Counted from the stretch's first letter, positions 40,117-51,998 are shown. The stretch is DNA of 64,000 nucleotides from Halodesulfurarchaeum sp. (GCA_034520565.1 JAXHNL010000002.1:1024001-1088000); one strand, 5' to 3'. Made by a program: numbers and translations. Notes: generated from the sequence alone by a model not told the origin.

Positions 40117-40839
40117 ATGGACGACGATCCCCCTTTAGAACTCGCCGAGCGGATCGCGGGGGAGGTAACGCTGAGTGCCGAACCGGGTGGGACCTTGAAG
40201 AAGTGGCGAACGGACTTCGAGATCTCCCAGACGGACCTCGCCACCGAACTCGGGGTCTCGCCCTCGGTGGTTTCGGATTACGAGAGCGGGCGCCGCGAGA
40301 GCCCCGGAACTGATCTGGTCGCCCGTTTTGTGACTGCCCTCCTCGCCATCGACGTGCGTCGAGGGGGCGATCACGTCAGGCAGTTCGCCCGGGTCCTTTC
40401 GGCCGGGTTCGATAGCGACGTGGTACTCGACCTGCGGGAATACCCTCGGGCGGTGCCTCTCGAGTCGTTTTACGAGCGCATCGAGGCGACGGAAGTCGTC
40501 GCCGGCGGGCGGCCAACGATCAGCGGACACACGATCATCGACAGCATCCGCGCGATCGCCGAACTCCCCTCCGAGGAGTTCTATCGACTCTACGGCCAGT
40601 CCACGAATCGAGTGCTGGGATTCACCAACGTGACCCGGGGCGAATCGCCGCTCGTGGCCCTCCGGGTCGTGAACCCCAAGCCGAACGCGGTCCTCCTCTG
40701 TGGCCTTTCCGAGGCCGACCTCTGGGAACACGCCCCGGACCTGGCTCGACGGGACGGCGTCTCGCTCGCGGTGACGGAACTCGACGCGGAAGCCGTGCGC
40801 GCCAGACTCGCGGATTTTCCCGACGAAGAAACCTCGTGA
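40117..40839 (+). CDS. XRE-family HTH transcriptional regulator (conserved archaeal type)
   Basis: IAGEVTLS.EPG.TLKKWR, SVVSDYESGRR, FTNVTRGESPLVALRV. Confidence 0.88.
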   Translation: MDDDPPLELAERIAGEVTLSAEPGGTLKKWRTDFEISQTDLATELGVSPSVVSDYESGRRESPGTDLVARFVTALLAIDVRRGGDHVRQFARVLSAGFDSDVVLDLREYPRAVPLESFYERIEATEVVAGGRPTISGHTIIDSIRAIAELPSEEFYRLYGQSTNRVLGFTNVTRGESPLVALRVVNPKPNAVLLCGLSEADLWEHAPDLARRDGVSLAVTELDAEAVRARLADFPDEETS

Positions 40840-40869
40840 TCGTCGCTCCGTTTTCGATCGGCCTCTCGA

Positions 40870-42207
40870 CTACTCGATGTAGGTGTACTGGCGCTCGTTC
40901 ATCGGCCCCCACCCGTCGAAGACGAACTCGTCTTCGGGTTCAGTGAACGGTTCGAGGCCCTTTTCCTTGTCGTGGTTGTGCTGGTCGTGGACCAGCTCGT
41001 ATTCGTCGAAGGTGATGGGGCGACGGGCCTCGAGGCGCTCGTCGACGCGATCCCCGTCGATTTCCGCTTCCCAGCCCTCGACCACTCGCTCCTCGTGGAT
41101 CTCGGCCTGGGCTCCACTGCCGTAGGAACCGACGAGCAGCGTTTCCCCCGCCAGGTCGATGCCCTCGCGTTTGGCGTAGATCAGCGCGCTCAGGCGGGCG
41201 ATGTGGACGGAGCCGGTATACCAGTTCCCCACTCGGCTCGAAATGTCGAGGGTGGGCTCGATGACTCGTTCGTACCACTCGCGGTAGGTGTCAGTCTCCG
41301 CCAGCGCGTCCATGTACTCCTGGATGTCCTCGGCGAAATCCTCGCGGTCGTCGTACTCCTCGGGGCGGGGTTGCCGGCCGATTTGCTCGGCCAGTTCGTC
41401 CTCGATTTCGGTATCCCGGATCGTGTGGCGATACCCGAGGACTGCGGCCTTCCGAACCATGTTCGGGAACGGGGTGTGGAAGGGAATGAACCGGTAGTCC
41501 TCGGGGTGGCTGCGGCCGGTGACCGATTCGAAGTCCTCGAGGGCTTCGCGCATGCGTGCGAGATAAACCTGCATGGACCGCTTGCCGTCCACGCTGGGGA
41601 ACTGCTGGTTCGGCTTGAGGAAGTCCGTTTCGTCGACCGACCCGATGCCCTGTGCCGAGGAGATTTCGACGATCGCCGGGTCTTCGGTCACGTACATCGC
41701 GACCGCCCCGGCGCCCTGGGTCGCCTCGCCGGGGTCGCCACGCTCGTAGAGCGCGGTGTCGGTCGTGATGACGAGCGCCCCGCGCCCGCGGTGCCGGTCG
41801 GCGGCGATCCAGTTCACCGCGTCGTTCAGCGCCTGGGTGCCGGAGATGCAGGCGAACTTCCGCTCGCCCTTGTTGGCGTGGCGGAACTCGCCGTCGAGCA
41901 CCTGTTCGAGCGCGCCGGCGACGTAGGTCGAGACCGGCTTTGACTTGTCGAAAGCGCTCTCGGTCGCGACGTCGATCCGGCCCACGTCAGCGGGGTCGAT
42001 GTCCTTGCGTTCGATCAGGCGATAGGCCGCGTTCGCGGCCATCGTGACGATGTCTTCGTAGGCGTCGGGGAAGGAACTCTGGAAGAGGCCGAGTCCCTTC
42101 GTGTACTTCTCCGGGTCGTCGTCCATGACGGGCGCGAACTCCTCGGGGAGGTCGAGACTGAGTTTCCCCGTCCAGATCTCGATACCGTCGATGCCGACTG
42201 GTTTCAT
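40870..42207 (-). CDS. hmgB: Hydroxymethylglutaryl-CoA synthase
   Basis: VATES..DKSKP, KFAC, GEATQGAGA, FHTPF, VGNWYTGS, SYGSG. Confidence 0.94.
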   Translation of the reverse strand: MKPVGIDGIEIWTGKLSLDLPEEFAPVMDDDPEKYTKGLGLFQSSFPDAYEDIVTMAANAAYRLIERKDIDPADVGRIDVATESAFDKSKPVSTYVAGALEQVLDGEFRHANKGERKFACISGTQALNDAVNWIAADRHRGRGALVITTDTALYERGDPGEATQGAGAVAMYVTEDPAIVEISSAQGIGSVDETDFLKPNQQFPSVDGKRSMQVYLARMREALEDFESVTGRSHPEDYRFIPFHTPFPNMVRKAAVLGYRHTIRDTEIEDELAEQIGRQPRPEEYDDREDFAEDIQEYMDALAETDTYREWYERVIEPTLDISSRVGNWYTGSVHIARLSALIYAKREGIDLAGETLLVGSYGSGAQAEIHEERVVEGWEAEIDGDRVDERLEARRPITFDEYELVHDQHNHDKEKGLEPFTEPEDEFVFDGWGPMNERQYTYIE

Positions 42208-42369
42208 GGGTTATTCGTGGTACTGCGGGTGGGCATATGGTACTGTCGATAGGGAGTTCGACGGATGACGAATAAGTAGTTGAGATTTTTATTAAGGCCG
42301 GTTACTACATAAAGAAAGCATCCTTACCGATTTTAGCCAATTTTCATTACATTGATGATTTAGTCGGGG

Positions 42370-44526
42370 CTATGGTGGGCCCCCTCCAACTCCAGATGTA
42401 TCCCCAATAGCTGGCTCCCCAATTACATTCACTGAAATTGGTTTGTAGTCGAGAGTCGCTGGTTGCCCTGCAGCAGTGAATTCCGCGTTTTCTACAAACA
42501 GATCTGCATTTCCTTGGAGGTCTGCACTAAGATCTGCCCAGGACGCAACAACATCAAGAGTTGACATATTCAGATTCATCGAACCAGATGAGTCAAGCCG
42601 AATGTTTACACCTCCAACATTAGCGCCTGATAGCAAGATATCTGCACCACTGAAAATTTCCACATCAGATCCACTTTCAACATTCGCGCCTGACAGCAAG
42701 GCATCTGCACCACTGGAAATTTCCACATTAGATCCTCCATCAGTAGCAACGATGCTTGCCCCATCCGAATTGAGTTGCTGTCCTGCGTCAATGGTAATGG
42801 GAGCGATAGATTGGATGTTTGCTGAATTTATATTCATTTCACTACCAGATATCAAGTTAATATCGCCACCTCCATCTGTGGTTTCTATTTCGGCGCCTTC
42901 AGCAGTCAATTGGCCCCCGGCGTCTATTGTGATTTCCGGAGCAGATTGGAGGGACGCCGAGTCAATGTTAATTGTGGCGGTAGCTGTTAAATCGATGGAT
43001 TGGCCCCCAGCCGTAGTCGTTTCCATGGCGAGCGCCATTCTCAGAACACAATATTCTCGGCATCGATATCAATACCGGTAAGCGCTCCATCTTCCATAAT
43101 TGCATCTTCTACAACTTCAAGGTGCCACCAATTGATACACCCTCTAGATCTGATACGGAATACGCTTCCTCTCCATTATCGTACACACCATTATCGTTTT
43201 CGTCAAAGTAAGCGACTACGTTTGATGGGAGTGGATCTCCAATATCACCCCCACCTCCATTATCCACCGCTGTCCCACCTTCCGCGATGAAATACATGCC
43301 CTGTTCACCGGTTTCGAATATGACGGTGAGGATCCACCAGTCATTTGGATTGGCGTTTTTATCGAAGTCAAACGTGACATCTGTTTGGCTATTTCCGGAA
43401 AATCTGATAGGCGGATCAAGGGTTTCGAAATTGTCCCCTATGTTCCATTCTACCACTCGGTTCGCCACGGGATCATTTATTCCAATAACTTTCTCCTTTT
43501 CGGCCCCTTGACTATCATAGAAATTAACTCGCCCTCGGAGACATTTATAGTATTACCTTGGTTTTGAAAGTCAATACCCAATCACCGTTCTGTATTTCTG
43601 CCTTTATCAATCGAACATCTCCTGGTGAAGCGGGATTGATTTCGTTATTTGCTGAACCACGTTCCCCAGATATTGGTGTTCCGTCCACTCCTATAGGCGC
43701 ATATTGCACATCCCACGTTCCATCCAGAACGAGTGTCAATTCGCCTGCCCCCTGCGTTAACCACAATGTCTTCGGGAGCCATCTGTCCGCTCAAGACGTC
43801 CTCCCACGTCGACTCTCTGAGGTCGGTCGGAACGGTCACGTTGACGTCGGTAAACTCCCGGCTCACCAGAATGCCGGGTTCCGGATCCAACGAAACACGT
43901 TCGACACCCTGTTCGGAATAGTTGCCCTGTATGGGGACGAGTGTGACCTCATTTGTCCCCTGTTCGTAGGTTCGAACGAGTGTCTGCCCCTTGTTCTGTA
44001 TCACGAGCCCACCGCCCTGGCCGGTTTCTGCGAAGTTCTTGTAGAGCAACCCGTGCTCGTGCCGGATGGGGGCGCCCGTGTCCAGCTCGTTGTAGTTCGG
44101 GGAGTAACTCAAAAACTGGATGTAGATCTCGTCCTCGCTGTTGATCCCCGGATACCGGGCCGCCATGTCGATCTCCGTCCCGTCCTGATAAGCGATCGAG
44201 ATGTTTCTACGCGGCCCCGTTTCCAGCCTCCCGGTCGCCGGTGGTGGATTGACGGCAATGAGTCGGGTTGGGTATCGGGTCCCGAGTTTCACGGTCGTCG
44301 ATTGGGTCTCGCCGTTCGTCCGGGCCTCGAAGATCGCACTCCGGGCGTCGGTCATGTCGTCGCTCACCGTCTGGTAGTGGTCGTACTCGACCTGCTCGTT
44401 CTGAATTGGGACCCAGAGGGCCTGATAGGTGGAGAGGAGGATGATCAGCATCGCAAATATCATGATAAATCCGATGACGGTGGAAACGGCCCGATCGTCA
44501 CCGGGAAGTTCGAAATGATCGCCCAT
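42370..44526 (-). pseudogene. Large type IV pilin-like (class III signal peptide) surface protein split by several frameshifts, with an AT-rich C-terminal beta-solenoid-like domain
   Basis: DDRA/VSTVIGFIMIFAMLIILLS cleavage motif; ORFs 43645-44526, 43545-43766, 43109-43468 and 42370-43038 join through single-base shifts. Confidence 0.7.
42616..42735. repeat. 63-bp (21-aa) internal tandem repeat in the pilin-like gene
   Basis: GSNVEISSGADALLSGANV / GSDVEIFSGADILLSGANV. Confidence 0.8.
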
Positions 44527-44597
44527 TGACTGAGACTTAGGTGTCCCCGGCTACTTATGCATGTGCTAGAATCAGCACGGTCACCGATCCGCCGAAC

Positions 44598-45176
44598 TCA
44601 ATCCTCTTCTTCGATCACTTCGGGATCGGCCAGGGCCTCCTGCAGCGAGTCGAGGCCGTTGACCCACTCGGTCACGAGGCCGTACTCGATCGCCTCGGTC
44701 ACCGAGATGTCGAGGCCCGCGCCGTCGATCAAGAGGGTGCCCGCTGCCGAGGCGTGCCCGAGAGCCGTATCGAGGTCATCCTCGGCTTCGGCCTCCGCGG
44801 CGTGGCGGATGTGCTTTTCGACTGTCCCCTTCCCGACCGGTCCCTCCGCCACGTACCGCTCCGCGCTGTAGAAGACACAGACGAGACTCGTCTGCACGCC
44901 GTCCACGAGCATGAGTGTGTCCTCGTTCTCGATCTCCGGGTCCGCGAGCACGACATCCCGGATCTCGACGATTTCGTCCATCGCCCGCTCGGCGTCGATG
45001 CTCCCGTCTTCGAGAGCGGTGAGGATCTTCGCCACGGCGATTGCCACGTCGTCCTGGAGGTTCAGGAGGAGGCGGGCGGAATCCTCGTCCTCCGGATCGA
45101 TCTCCTCCTCGCGTAGTCGGTCGAGCCAGTTCTCCCAGCGTTCCTCGGTGTAAAACTCGGCCTCGGGGTCGCTCAT
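44598..45176 (-). CDS. DUF2150 family protein
   Basis: FYTEERWENWL, LLNLQDD, EWVNGLDSL. Confidence 0.85.
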   Translation of the reverse strand: MSDPEAEFYTEERWENWLDRLREEEIDPEDEDSARLLLNLQDDVAIAVAKILTALEDGSIDAERAMDEIVEIRDVVLADPEIENEDTLMLVDGVQTSLVCVFYSAERYVAEGPVGKGTVEKHIRHAAEAEAEDDLDTALGHASAAGTLLIDGAGLDISVTEAIEYGLVTEWVNGLDSLQEALADPEVIEEED

Positions 45177-45268
45177 ACCCGGACAGGTGAGTCCCCCGGA
45201 CTAAGGCCTTTCCTTCGTCCGCGATCGATAACGCAGGCGATTTCCCCCGGGAAACCGAAGACGCCCGT

Positions 45269-45907
45269 ATGAGCACCGGCAACGTGGCTTTCGAAATCGG
45301 CGATAGAATCTCCCTGCCGGCACCGAGAACGGAGGGGTCGGTCACCCTCGAATCGACGCTCGCGACCCGGCGGTCGAGACGCGAGCTGACCTTCGAACCG
45401 GTCGACAGAACTGCGGTCGGACAGCTCCTCTGGGCGGCCCAGGGACGAACCGACCCCGAAGGGAAACGCGCCGCGCCGAGCGCCGGGGCGACCTATCCCC
45501 TGATCGTCGACCTCGTGGTCGGTGAGGGAGGGGTTCCAGACCTCGCGGCCGGCGTTTACAGATACGATCCCGACGACCACGCCATCGAATATCGGTCCGT
45601 TGAACCGGTCCAGGCCGAACTTGAATCCGCGACGGGCGGCCAGGAGTACGTCAGCCGTGCGGCGATCGACGTCGTCATGGCCGGGATCGAAGAACGGACG
45701 GCCAGGGAGTACGGCGAGCGGGCGGGCGAGCTCTACGTCCCGATGGAGGCCGGCCACGCGGGCGAGAATCTCTTCTTGCAGGCGGAGGCGCTGGGACTGG
45801 CGTCGGTCCCCGTCGGTGGATTCGAGGACGCCGCCGTGGCCGCGGCGATGGGATACGAACGAGCGAGGCCGCTGGTCATGTACCCCGTCGGCGGCCGTCC
45901 CGACTGA
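45269..45907 (+). CDS. SagB/ThcOx family nitroreductase-fold oxidoreductase
   Basis: RRSRR, QLLWAAQG, RAAPSAGATYP, EAGHAGEN. Confidence 0.9.
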   Translation: MSTGNVAFEIGDRISLPAPRTEGSVTLESTLATRRSRRELTFEPVDRTAVGQLLWAAQGRTDPEGKRAAPSAGATYPLIVDLVVGEGGVPDLAAGVYRYDPDDHAIEYRSVEPVQAELESATGGQEYVSRAAIDVVMAGIEERTAREYGERAGELYVPMEAGHAGENLFLQAEALGLASVPVGGFEDAAVAAAMGYERARPLVMYPVGGRPD

Positions 45908-45925
45908 TCGGGACCCGGTGTGGGA

Positions 45926-46771
45926 TCATCGGTCGATGGTTTCGCGGGTATCGATCCCGTAGATCCGACGCGGCGTCTCGACGTGAGCGGTCTCGACGGC
46001 TTCGTCATGGCCGTTTTCGAGGAGCCAGTCAACCCGACGCGGGACCGTTTTCGGGCCCATGACGGCCCCCGGACGGTCCGGGTCGTCGATGAAGTCGGTC
46101 TCCATGAGGAACGGCTTGTCCCGCTCGATGGCGGTTTCGAGGAACTCTCTCCGGCTCATGACGCTGGGGGTCACGCCCGCGAGTCGCCCGGTGCTGTAGT
46201 GTTTGACGACCCGCTCGGCCGGGAGCCCCGCGGATTCGGCCCACTCGCCGACCGTGGAGAGGTCCTCGGTCTCCTCGGTGTGTAACTGGAGGGCCACGTC
46301 CGCTGCTGTGGCCACCTCGATCGCGTGGCGAAGCACCGCGTTCGAGGCGTCCCAGACCGCCGGCTCGACGTCGTAGTGCGGGCGGCCGGATTTGATGGCC
46401 ACCGTGTCGCCAGCTGCAGCGTACTCCCCCGCAACATCGAGGCCAGCCTTCATGAGGTCCCGGGCCGCCGCCACGTCCATTCCGCGGTCATCCACGAGCC
46501 GAGAGATGAGCGCGGGATGAACCCCGAGGACCGGCCAGGCTGTGCCCGGGAGCACGGCGGAGGCGTCCTCGACGAGCGAGTGCGTCGCCTCGAAAACCCC
46601 CTCGAAGTCCGCCCCGGTTTCCACGTCGATCCCAAAATGCCAGGAGGGTTTGTTGACGACGAAAAGGTGGGTGCCCCCACTCCGGGCGAAGTCCCGGACG
46701 GCTTCGATCCCCTGACCGTCCCGGTCGAGGTGGAGATGGTTGTCGAGCACCGGCGTACCCAGATCGCGCAT
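45926..46771 (-). CDS. TatD family metal-dependent hydrolase (archaeal type)
   Basis: DNHLH, GVHP, SGRPHY, QLHTE, VKHY, METDFIDD. Confidence 0.9.
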   Translation of the reverse strand: MRDLGTPVLDNHLHLDRDGQGIEAVRDFARSGGTHLFVVNKPSWHFGIDVETGADFEGVFEATHSLVEDASAVLPGTAWPVLGVHPALISRLVDDRGMDVAAARDLMKAGLDVAGEYAAAGDTVAIKSGRPHYDVEPAVWDASNAVLRHAIEVATAADVALQLHTEETEDLSTVGEWAESAGLPAERVVKHYSTGRLAGVTPSVMSRREFLETAIERDKPFLMETDFIDDPDRPGAVMGPKTVPRRVDWLLENGHDEAVETAHVETPRRIYGIDTRETIDR

Positions 46772-46832
46772 GGATAGTCCTCGGTCGGAATCGGTGAAAA
46801 ACTCCCGGTTGGTCCACATCGCCGCGAACCGC

Positions 46833-47273
46833 TCACTCGAGGACGACTGCCTCGCCCGCGGCTCGGACGAGCGCGTCCGAGCGACCGTGTTCCCCCGGGG
46901 CAATCGCCACGGTGGCGATCCCGTTTCGGTTGGCCAGCTCCACGACCGGTTTGAAGTCGATATCTCGCGAGGCGATGGCGAGCACGTCGAGGTCGGCCTC
47001 GTAAACCGCGGCCGTCGCGTCGACGGCGAGTTTCACGTCCACGTCACCGCTCGTGACCCGGACGTCGAAGCCGTGGGCTTCGGCGGCCTGGATCAGCCCG
47101 GACGGGGCGTTTTCGTCGAGATACAGGCGGGTGAGTGCGAGTGTTCCCTGCTCCTCGGCGGCCGCTCTGAGATCCTGGAGGTCGACGTCGAACTCCTCGC
47201 GAAGGACGTTCGGTCCGTCCACGAAGAGGCCGACCCGCGTTTCGAACCCGAGCCGTCGGGAGAACCATCCCAT
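46833..47273 (-). CDS. NYN domain-containing protein
   Basis: LFVDGPNV, DVDVKLAVDA, SRDIDF, RSDAL. Confidence 0.9.
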   Translation of the reverse strand: MGWFSRRLGFETRVGLFVDGPNVLREEFDVDLQDLRAAAEEQGTLALTRLYLDENAPSGLIQAAEAHGFDVRVTSGDVDVKLAVDATAAVYEADLDVLAIASRDIDFKPVVELANRNGIATVAIAPGEHGRSDALVRAAGEAVVLE

Positions 47274-47414
47274 GGCCCGAGCCACGTGGCACCCAAATAA
47301 AGGCGTGCTGATCGGCACCGATATCGCGAAACCGCTCCACCGAACCCGTCCGATACCCCCCATTTTCACGCGGGTATAGGAAGGCATTAATTGCCGGCGA
47401 CTGTGGGTTTACCT

Positions 47415-48530
47415 ATGGCCCTGCGGACGCCACCGCTGCATGCGGTTCATGAGAAGCGAGGTGCGTCGTTCACCGATTTCGGCGGGTGGGAAATGCCGGT
47501 CGAGTTCGATTCGATCCACGAAGAACACGAAGCCGTGCGGACAGCCGCCGGGATCTTCGACGTCTCGCACATGGGGGAAATCACCGTCTCGGGGCCAGAT
47601 TCGACGGAACTGATGAACCGGCTAACGACGAACGACGTCGCGGCCCTGGAGCCGGGGGAAGCCCAGTACTCCGCGATCACGGACGAGGACGGGATCATTC
47701 TGGACGACACGGTCGTGTATCGACTCCCGACGTCCCTGCCCGAGGGCACGCCCGGTGCAGGTGCGGACTACCTCTTCATTCCGAACGCGGGCCACGACGC
47801 CCAGATGCACGAGCGATGGACGGCCCATCGCGAGAAGTGGGATCTGGACGCCGACGTGGAGAACCGGACCGACGACTACGGCATCGTGGCGGTCCAGGGT
47901 CCCGACGCCGAAGACCTGGTTGCGGAGGCGGCCGATGAAGCGGCCCGGGAGCTCGGTCGGTTCAGTGCCGCGGCGATGACCATTGCTGGGACGTCCTGCT
48001 GGGTCGCCAGAACCGGATACACGGGCGAGGACGGCTACGAGATCCTGGCGCCGATGGACGAACTCGAGACGGTCTGGGAAGCCTTCGAGGGCTGCCAACC
48101 CTGCGGGCTCGGAGCGCGAGACACCCTCCGGCTCGAGTACGGGTTGCTGCTCTCGGGCCAGGACTTCGATCCCGAGGAAACTCCCCGCACTCCCTACGAG
48201 GCAGGTATCGGGTTCACCGTTGCGCTCGACACCGACTTCGTGGGGCGGGATGCACTCGCCGCTCAACACGAGTCCGGGCCCGAACGGCAGTTCGTCGGCT
48301 TCGTCCTCGAGGAACGTGGCATTCCCCGCCACGGTTACGAGATCACGGACGCCGATGGGACCGATATCGGCGTGGTCACGAGTGGAACGATGAGTCCGAC
48401 GCTGACCGAGCCGATCGGGCTTGGATATGTTACCACGTCCCACGCCGAGGACGGTGAGACAGTATTTATATCGATCCGCGGCGAAGGCAAGGAAGCGACG
48501 ATCACCACACCACCATTCATCCACCAATGA
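47415..48530 (+). CDS. gcvT: Glycine cleavage system aminomethyltransferase T
   Basis: [36 protein letters not shown]. Confidence 0.96.
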   Translation: MALRTPPLHAVHEKRGASFTDFGGWEMPVEFDSIHEEHEAVRTAAGIFDVSHMGEITVSGPDSTELMNRLTTNDVAALEPGEAQYSAITDEDGIILDDTVVYRLPTSLPEGTPGAGADYLFIPNAGHDAQMHERWTAHREKWDLDADVENRTDDYGIVAVQGPDAEDLVAEAADEAARELGRFSAAAMTIAGTSCWVARTGYTGEDGYEILAPMDELETVWEAFEGCQPCGLGARDTLRLEYGLLLSGQDFDPEETPRTPYEAGIGFTVALDTDFVGRDALAAQHESGPERQFVGFVLEERGIPRHGYEITDADGTDIGVVTSGTMSPTLTEPIGLGYVTTSHAEDGETVFISIRGEGKEATITTPPFIHQ

Positions 48531-48901
48531 GCTTCGACATACCCGACAACCTGTACTACACCGAATCGCACGAGTGGGTCGACCCCGAGACCGGCAAGAT
48601 CGGGATCACCGACTTCGCCCAGGACGAACTCGGCGACATCGTCTTCGTCGAGTTCCCGACCGTCGGCGACCACCTCGAGGCAGACGACGAACTCGGGGTC
48701 GTCGAGAGTATCAAGGCCGTCTCGGACATCTATTCGCCGGTCGGCGGCGAAGTCACCGACGTGAACGAGGCGCTCGAGGGCGAACCGGAGACGCTTAACG
48801 AGGACCCCTACGGTGACGGCTGGCTGGTCGAACTCGACCTCGACTCCACAGACGAGGTAGAGGCACTCCTCACACCGGACGAGTACGAATCCCAGCTGTA
48901 A
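48527..48901 (+). CDS. gcvH: Glycine cleavage system H protein
   Basis: [16 protein letters not shown], lipoyl motif ESIKA, DPYGDGW. Confidence 0.96.
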   Translation: MSFDIPDNLYYTESHEWVDPETGKIGITDFAQDELGDIVFVEFPTVGDHLEADDELGVVESIKAVSDIYSPVGGEVTDVNEALEGEPETLNEDPYGDGWLVELDLDSTDEVEALLTPDEYESQL

Positions 48902-50223
48902 TGTCCCAGAGCCCGTACGCGCCGAACACCGAGACGGACACGTCGGAGATGCTGGAGGCAGTCGGGGTATCAGACGTCGAGGAGCTGTTCGACATCCCGG
49001 ACGCGGTTCGATACGACGAGTCCTTCGACATCGAATCCCGCTCCGAGCCCGCAGTTCGGGCGATGGTCGGTGACATGCTCGCGGACAACGAGAACCTCAC
49101 GGAGTTCCTCGGCCGCGGCTATTACGACCATTATGTTCCGTCAGTCGTCGACCGCCTCTCGATGCGCTCCGAGTTCCTGACCTCCTACACGCAGTACCAG
49201 CCGGAGGTCACCCAGGGATTCCTGCAGGCGCTTTTCGAGTACCAGTCCATTCTGGTCGAACTCACCGGGCTGCCGATCGCGAACGCGTCGATGTACGACG
49301 CCGGGAGCGGGGTCGCAGAGGCCACACTCCTTTCTTCCCGGATCCGCGATACCGACGGGACCGTCGTGCTGGTCCCCGAGTACGTCAGGGAGGATCGGGT
49401 CAGCGTCCTCGAAAACTACGTGGCGGGCCACGACATCCAGATCGAGCGGTTCGGGACCGAGGACGGCACCGTCGACCTCGATTCCCTTAAGGCAACGATC
49501 GGCGAGGACACGCTGATGGTCTATGCGGAATCGCCGACGACCCGTGGCACCATCGAGGAGAACCTCGAACGGATCGGCGAACTCGCCCACGAGAACGACG
49601 CGATGTTCACCGTCGGGAGCGACCCGGTCGCGATGTCGCTGCTCGAAGCGCCCGGCGATATCGGCGCGGACGTCGTCGTCGGGGACGCGGTCCTTGGGCT
49701 TCCGAACGCCTACGGGATGGGTCTCGGCATCTTTGCCACCCGCGAGTCGTATCTCCGGCACGTTCCGGGTCGGCTCGTCGGCATCGGGGAAGACCAGGAT
49801 GGCAAGCGGGCCTACACGCTCACGCTCCAGACCCGGGAACAGCACATCCGTCGGGAGCGGGCGACGAGCAACATCTGTACGAACCAGGCGTGGGTCGCGC
49901 TGCGAACGGCCATTCACGCCGCACACCTGGGCCCGGACGGGCTCATCGAGTTGGCAAAACAGATGGTCGAACTCCCGCAGGAACTCGCCGATCGACTCGA
50001 CGAGTTGCCGGGGATCGAGGCCCCGGTCCACGACCGACACCACTTCCGTGACTTCGTCGCCCGGACGGAGGCCTCGGCCCCAGAGATCGCCGACGAACTG
50101 GAGTCGGCTGGCTTTGCCGTCCACGCGCTCGGCGAGGACGAACTCCAGTTCTCGGTGACCGAGACGAACGAACACGCCGTGGACGATCTCGTCGCGGCAA
50201 TCGAGGAGGTGGTGGCCGAATGA
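48901..50223 (+). CDS. gcvPA: Glycine dehydrogenase (decarboxylating) subunit 1
   Basis: [35 protein letters not shown]. Confidence 0.96.
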   Translation: MSQSPYAPNTETDTSEMLEAVGVSDVEELFDIPDAVRYDESFDIESRSEPAVRAMVGDMLADNENLTEFLGRGYYDHYVPSVVDRLSMRSEFLTSYTQYQPEVTQGFLQALFEYQSILVELTGLPIANASMYDAGSGVAEATLLSSRIRDTDGTVVLVPEYVREDRVSVLENYVAGHDIQIERFGTEDGTVDLDSLKATIGEDTLMVYAESPTTRGTIEENLERIGELAHENDAMFTVGSDPVAMSLLEAPGDIGADVVVGDAVLGLPNAYGMGLGIFATRESYLRHVPGRLVGIGEDQDGKRAYTLTLQTREQHIRRERATSNICTNQAWVALRTAIHAAHLGPDGLIELAKQMVELPQELADRLDELPGIEAPVHDRHHFRDFVARTEASAPEIADELESAGFAVHALGEDELQFSVTETNEHAVDDLVAAIEEVVAE

Positions 50224-51647
50224 AACACTACGATCAGGCCACCTTCTTCGAGGACGACAGCGAGGTCTACGAGCGGCTGCTCTCCGAGAAGTTCGGCACG
50301 GAGGAGACCATCGAGGAGTCACCACTTCCGGACGACCTGACGCGGGACTCGCTCGAACTGCCGGCACCTGCCGAACCCGAGTTGTCCCGGCACTACGTTC
50401 GCCTCTCACAGCAGAACTACGCCATCGAAACCGGCCCCTATCCGCTCGGGTCCTGTACGATGAAGTACAACCCGCCGTTCACCGAGGACGTCGCGGCGGA
50501 CCCGAACGGCATGGTCCACCCGGACCGCTCGGGGGAGACGATCCAGGGGAACCTGGAAGTGCTCTACCAGCTGCAGGAGTACCTCGCGGAGATCGGGGGC
50601 ATGGACGCCGTCACCTTGCAACCGCCAGCCGGCGCGGCCGGCGAGTTCACCGGGAACCGGATCGCGGCGGCCTACCACGAGGCAAACGGCGAGGGCCACC
50701 GGAACGAAGTCGTCGTCCCGGACACGGCACACGGGACGAACCCCGCAAGCGCGGCGATGGCCGGGTACGACGTGGTCGAGATTCCGAGTGGTGATGACGG
50801 ACGCGTCGACCTCGAAGCCCTCGAGGCGGCGATCGGCGAGGATACCGCCCTGTTCATGCTCACGAACCCCAACACGCTGGGGCTCTTCGAGCGGGACATC
50901 GAGGCGATCGCCGAGATAGTCCACGAGGCGGGCGGGCTCGTTTATTACGACGGGGCGAATCTCAACGCGCTGCTCGGCCGGGCCCGACCGGGCGACATGG
51001 GCTATGACATCATGCACTACAACGTGCACAAGACCTTCGCCACCCCACACGGTGGCGGTGGTCCAGGAGCCGGTCCGGTCGGGGTCGTCTCCGAACTCGA
51101 GGAGTTCTTGCCGACCCCACAGGTCGAAAAGCGGGGCGAGGACTTCGAGCTCGTCGAACCAGCACAGTCGATCGGGAAAGTCCATGACTTCCAGGGCAAC
51201 TGGCTGGTGCTGATCAAGGCGATGGCCTACATCGCCCGCCTCGGCGAGGAGGGGCTCTGTGATACGAGTGCGAGTGCGGTGCTCAATGCCAACTATCTCG
51301 CCTCGCAGATCGACGTGGAGATCCCATTCGAGCCGTTCCATCACGAGTTCGTCGCGAGCGCGGGCGAAATCGACGCCTCGGACATGGCAAAACGGATGCT
51401 CGATTTCGGCGTCCATCCGCCGACGACCAAGTGGCCGGAGATCGTCTCACAGGCGTTGATGACCGAGCCGACCGAGGCCGAGAGCAGGCAGACACTCGAT
51501 CAACTCGCCGATGCGTTCAACGCCGCCTTCGCTGCCGAGTCGGACGAGCTTTCGAGTGCGCCCCACCGGACGACGGCACGGCGTATCGACCAGGCCGACG
51601 CCGCGAGGAACCCGCGGCTCTCCTGGCACGCACTCGGCGAGGAGTAG
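50220..51647 (+). CDS. gcvPB: Glycine dehydrogenase (decarboxylating) subunit 2
   Basis: [42 protein letters not shown]. Confidence 0.96.
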   Translation: MKHYDQATFFEDDSEVYERLLSEKFGTEETIEESPLPDDLTRDSLELPAPAEPELSRHYVRLSQQNYAIETGPYPLGSCTMKYNPPFTEDVAADPNGMVHPDRSGETIQGNLEVLYQLQEYLAEIGGMDAVTLQPPAGAAGEFTGNRIAAAYHEANGEGHRNEVVVPDTAHGTNPASAAMAGYDVVEIPSGDDGRVDLEALEAAIGEDTALFMLTNPNTLGLFERDIEAIAEIVHEAGGLVYYDGANLNALLGRARPGDMGYDIMHYNVHKTFATPHGGGGPGAGPVGVVSELEEFLPTPQVEKRGEDFELVEPAQSIGKVHDFQGNWLVLIKAMAYIARLGEEGLCDTSASAVLNANYLASQIDVEIPFEPFHHEFVASAGEIDASDMAKRMLDFGVHPPTTKWPEIVSQALMTEPTEAESRQTLDQLADAFNAAFAAESDELSSAPHRTTARRIDQADAARNPRLSWHALGEE

Positions 51648-51830
51648 TTGGGCCCGCGCGCTACTCCTTCTCGCGCGTGAGACGGCACGTCCCAACCGCG
51701 CGCTGCTCCGATAGAATCTCGGCCTCGTGATTTTCCCCGGGCCTCGAGAGAAGTTCCGAACAGTCGGTGCTGCTTGCGAGCACCCGTGACGTCTCTCAGC
51801 GGTGGACCGAGAAAAACGCCACCGGACTAA

Positions 51831-51998
51831 TCAGGCCGTTGCCTTCGTCGAGTCGACGGACTCGCCGATCAGCACCATCTCGTACTCGCACTCCTTGCAC
51901 CACCACTTCGTCTTCTTTCCCAGGTGGACCTGTTCGCTCGCCATGAGCGAGAAGGTGCGCTCCTCGCCGCAACTCGGGCAGTAGTGTTCTTTCTCCAT
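51831..51998 (-). CDS. Small CPxCG zinc-finger protein
   Basis: CPSCG...HLGKKTKWWCKEC, 55 aa. Confidence 0.8.
   Translation of the reverse strand: MEKEHYCPSCGEERTFSLMASEQVHLGKKTKWWCKECEYEMVLIGESVDSTKATA

Noticed and set aside
45269-45907. SagB-like gene as part of a RiPP (azole peptide) cluster
   Set aside because: No YcaO, precursor peptide or transporter nearby; stand-alone SagB-type nitroreductases are common
45926-47273. NYN plus TatD nucleases as a defence system
   Set aside because: NYN-TatD-DUF2150 is, to my knowledge, a conserved euryarchaeal housekeeping neighbourhood with host-like composition
51662-51785. Possible ~40-aa minus-strand ORF after gcvPB
   Set aside because: Too short, with no recognisable motif or clear start signal
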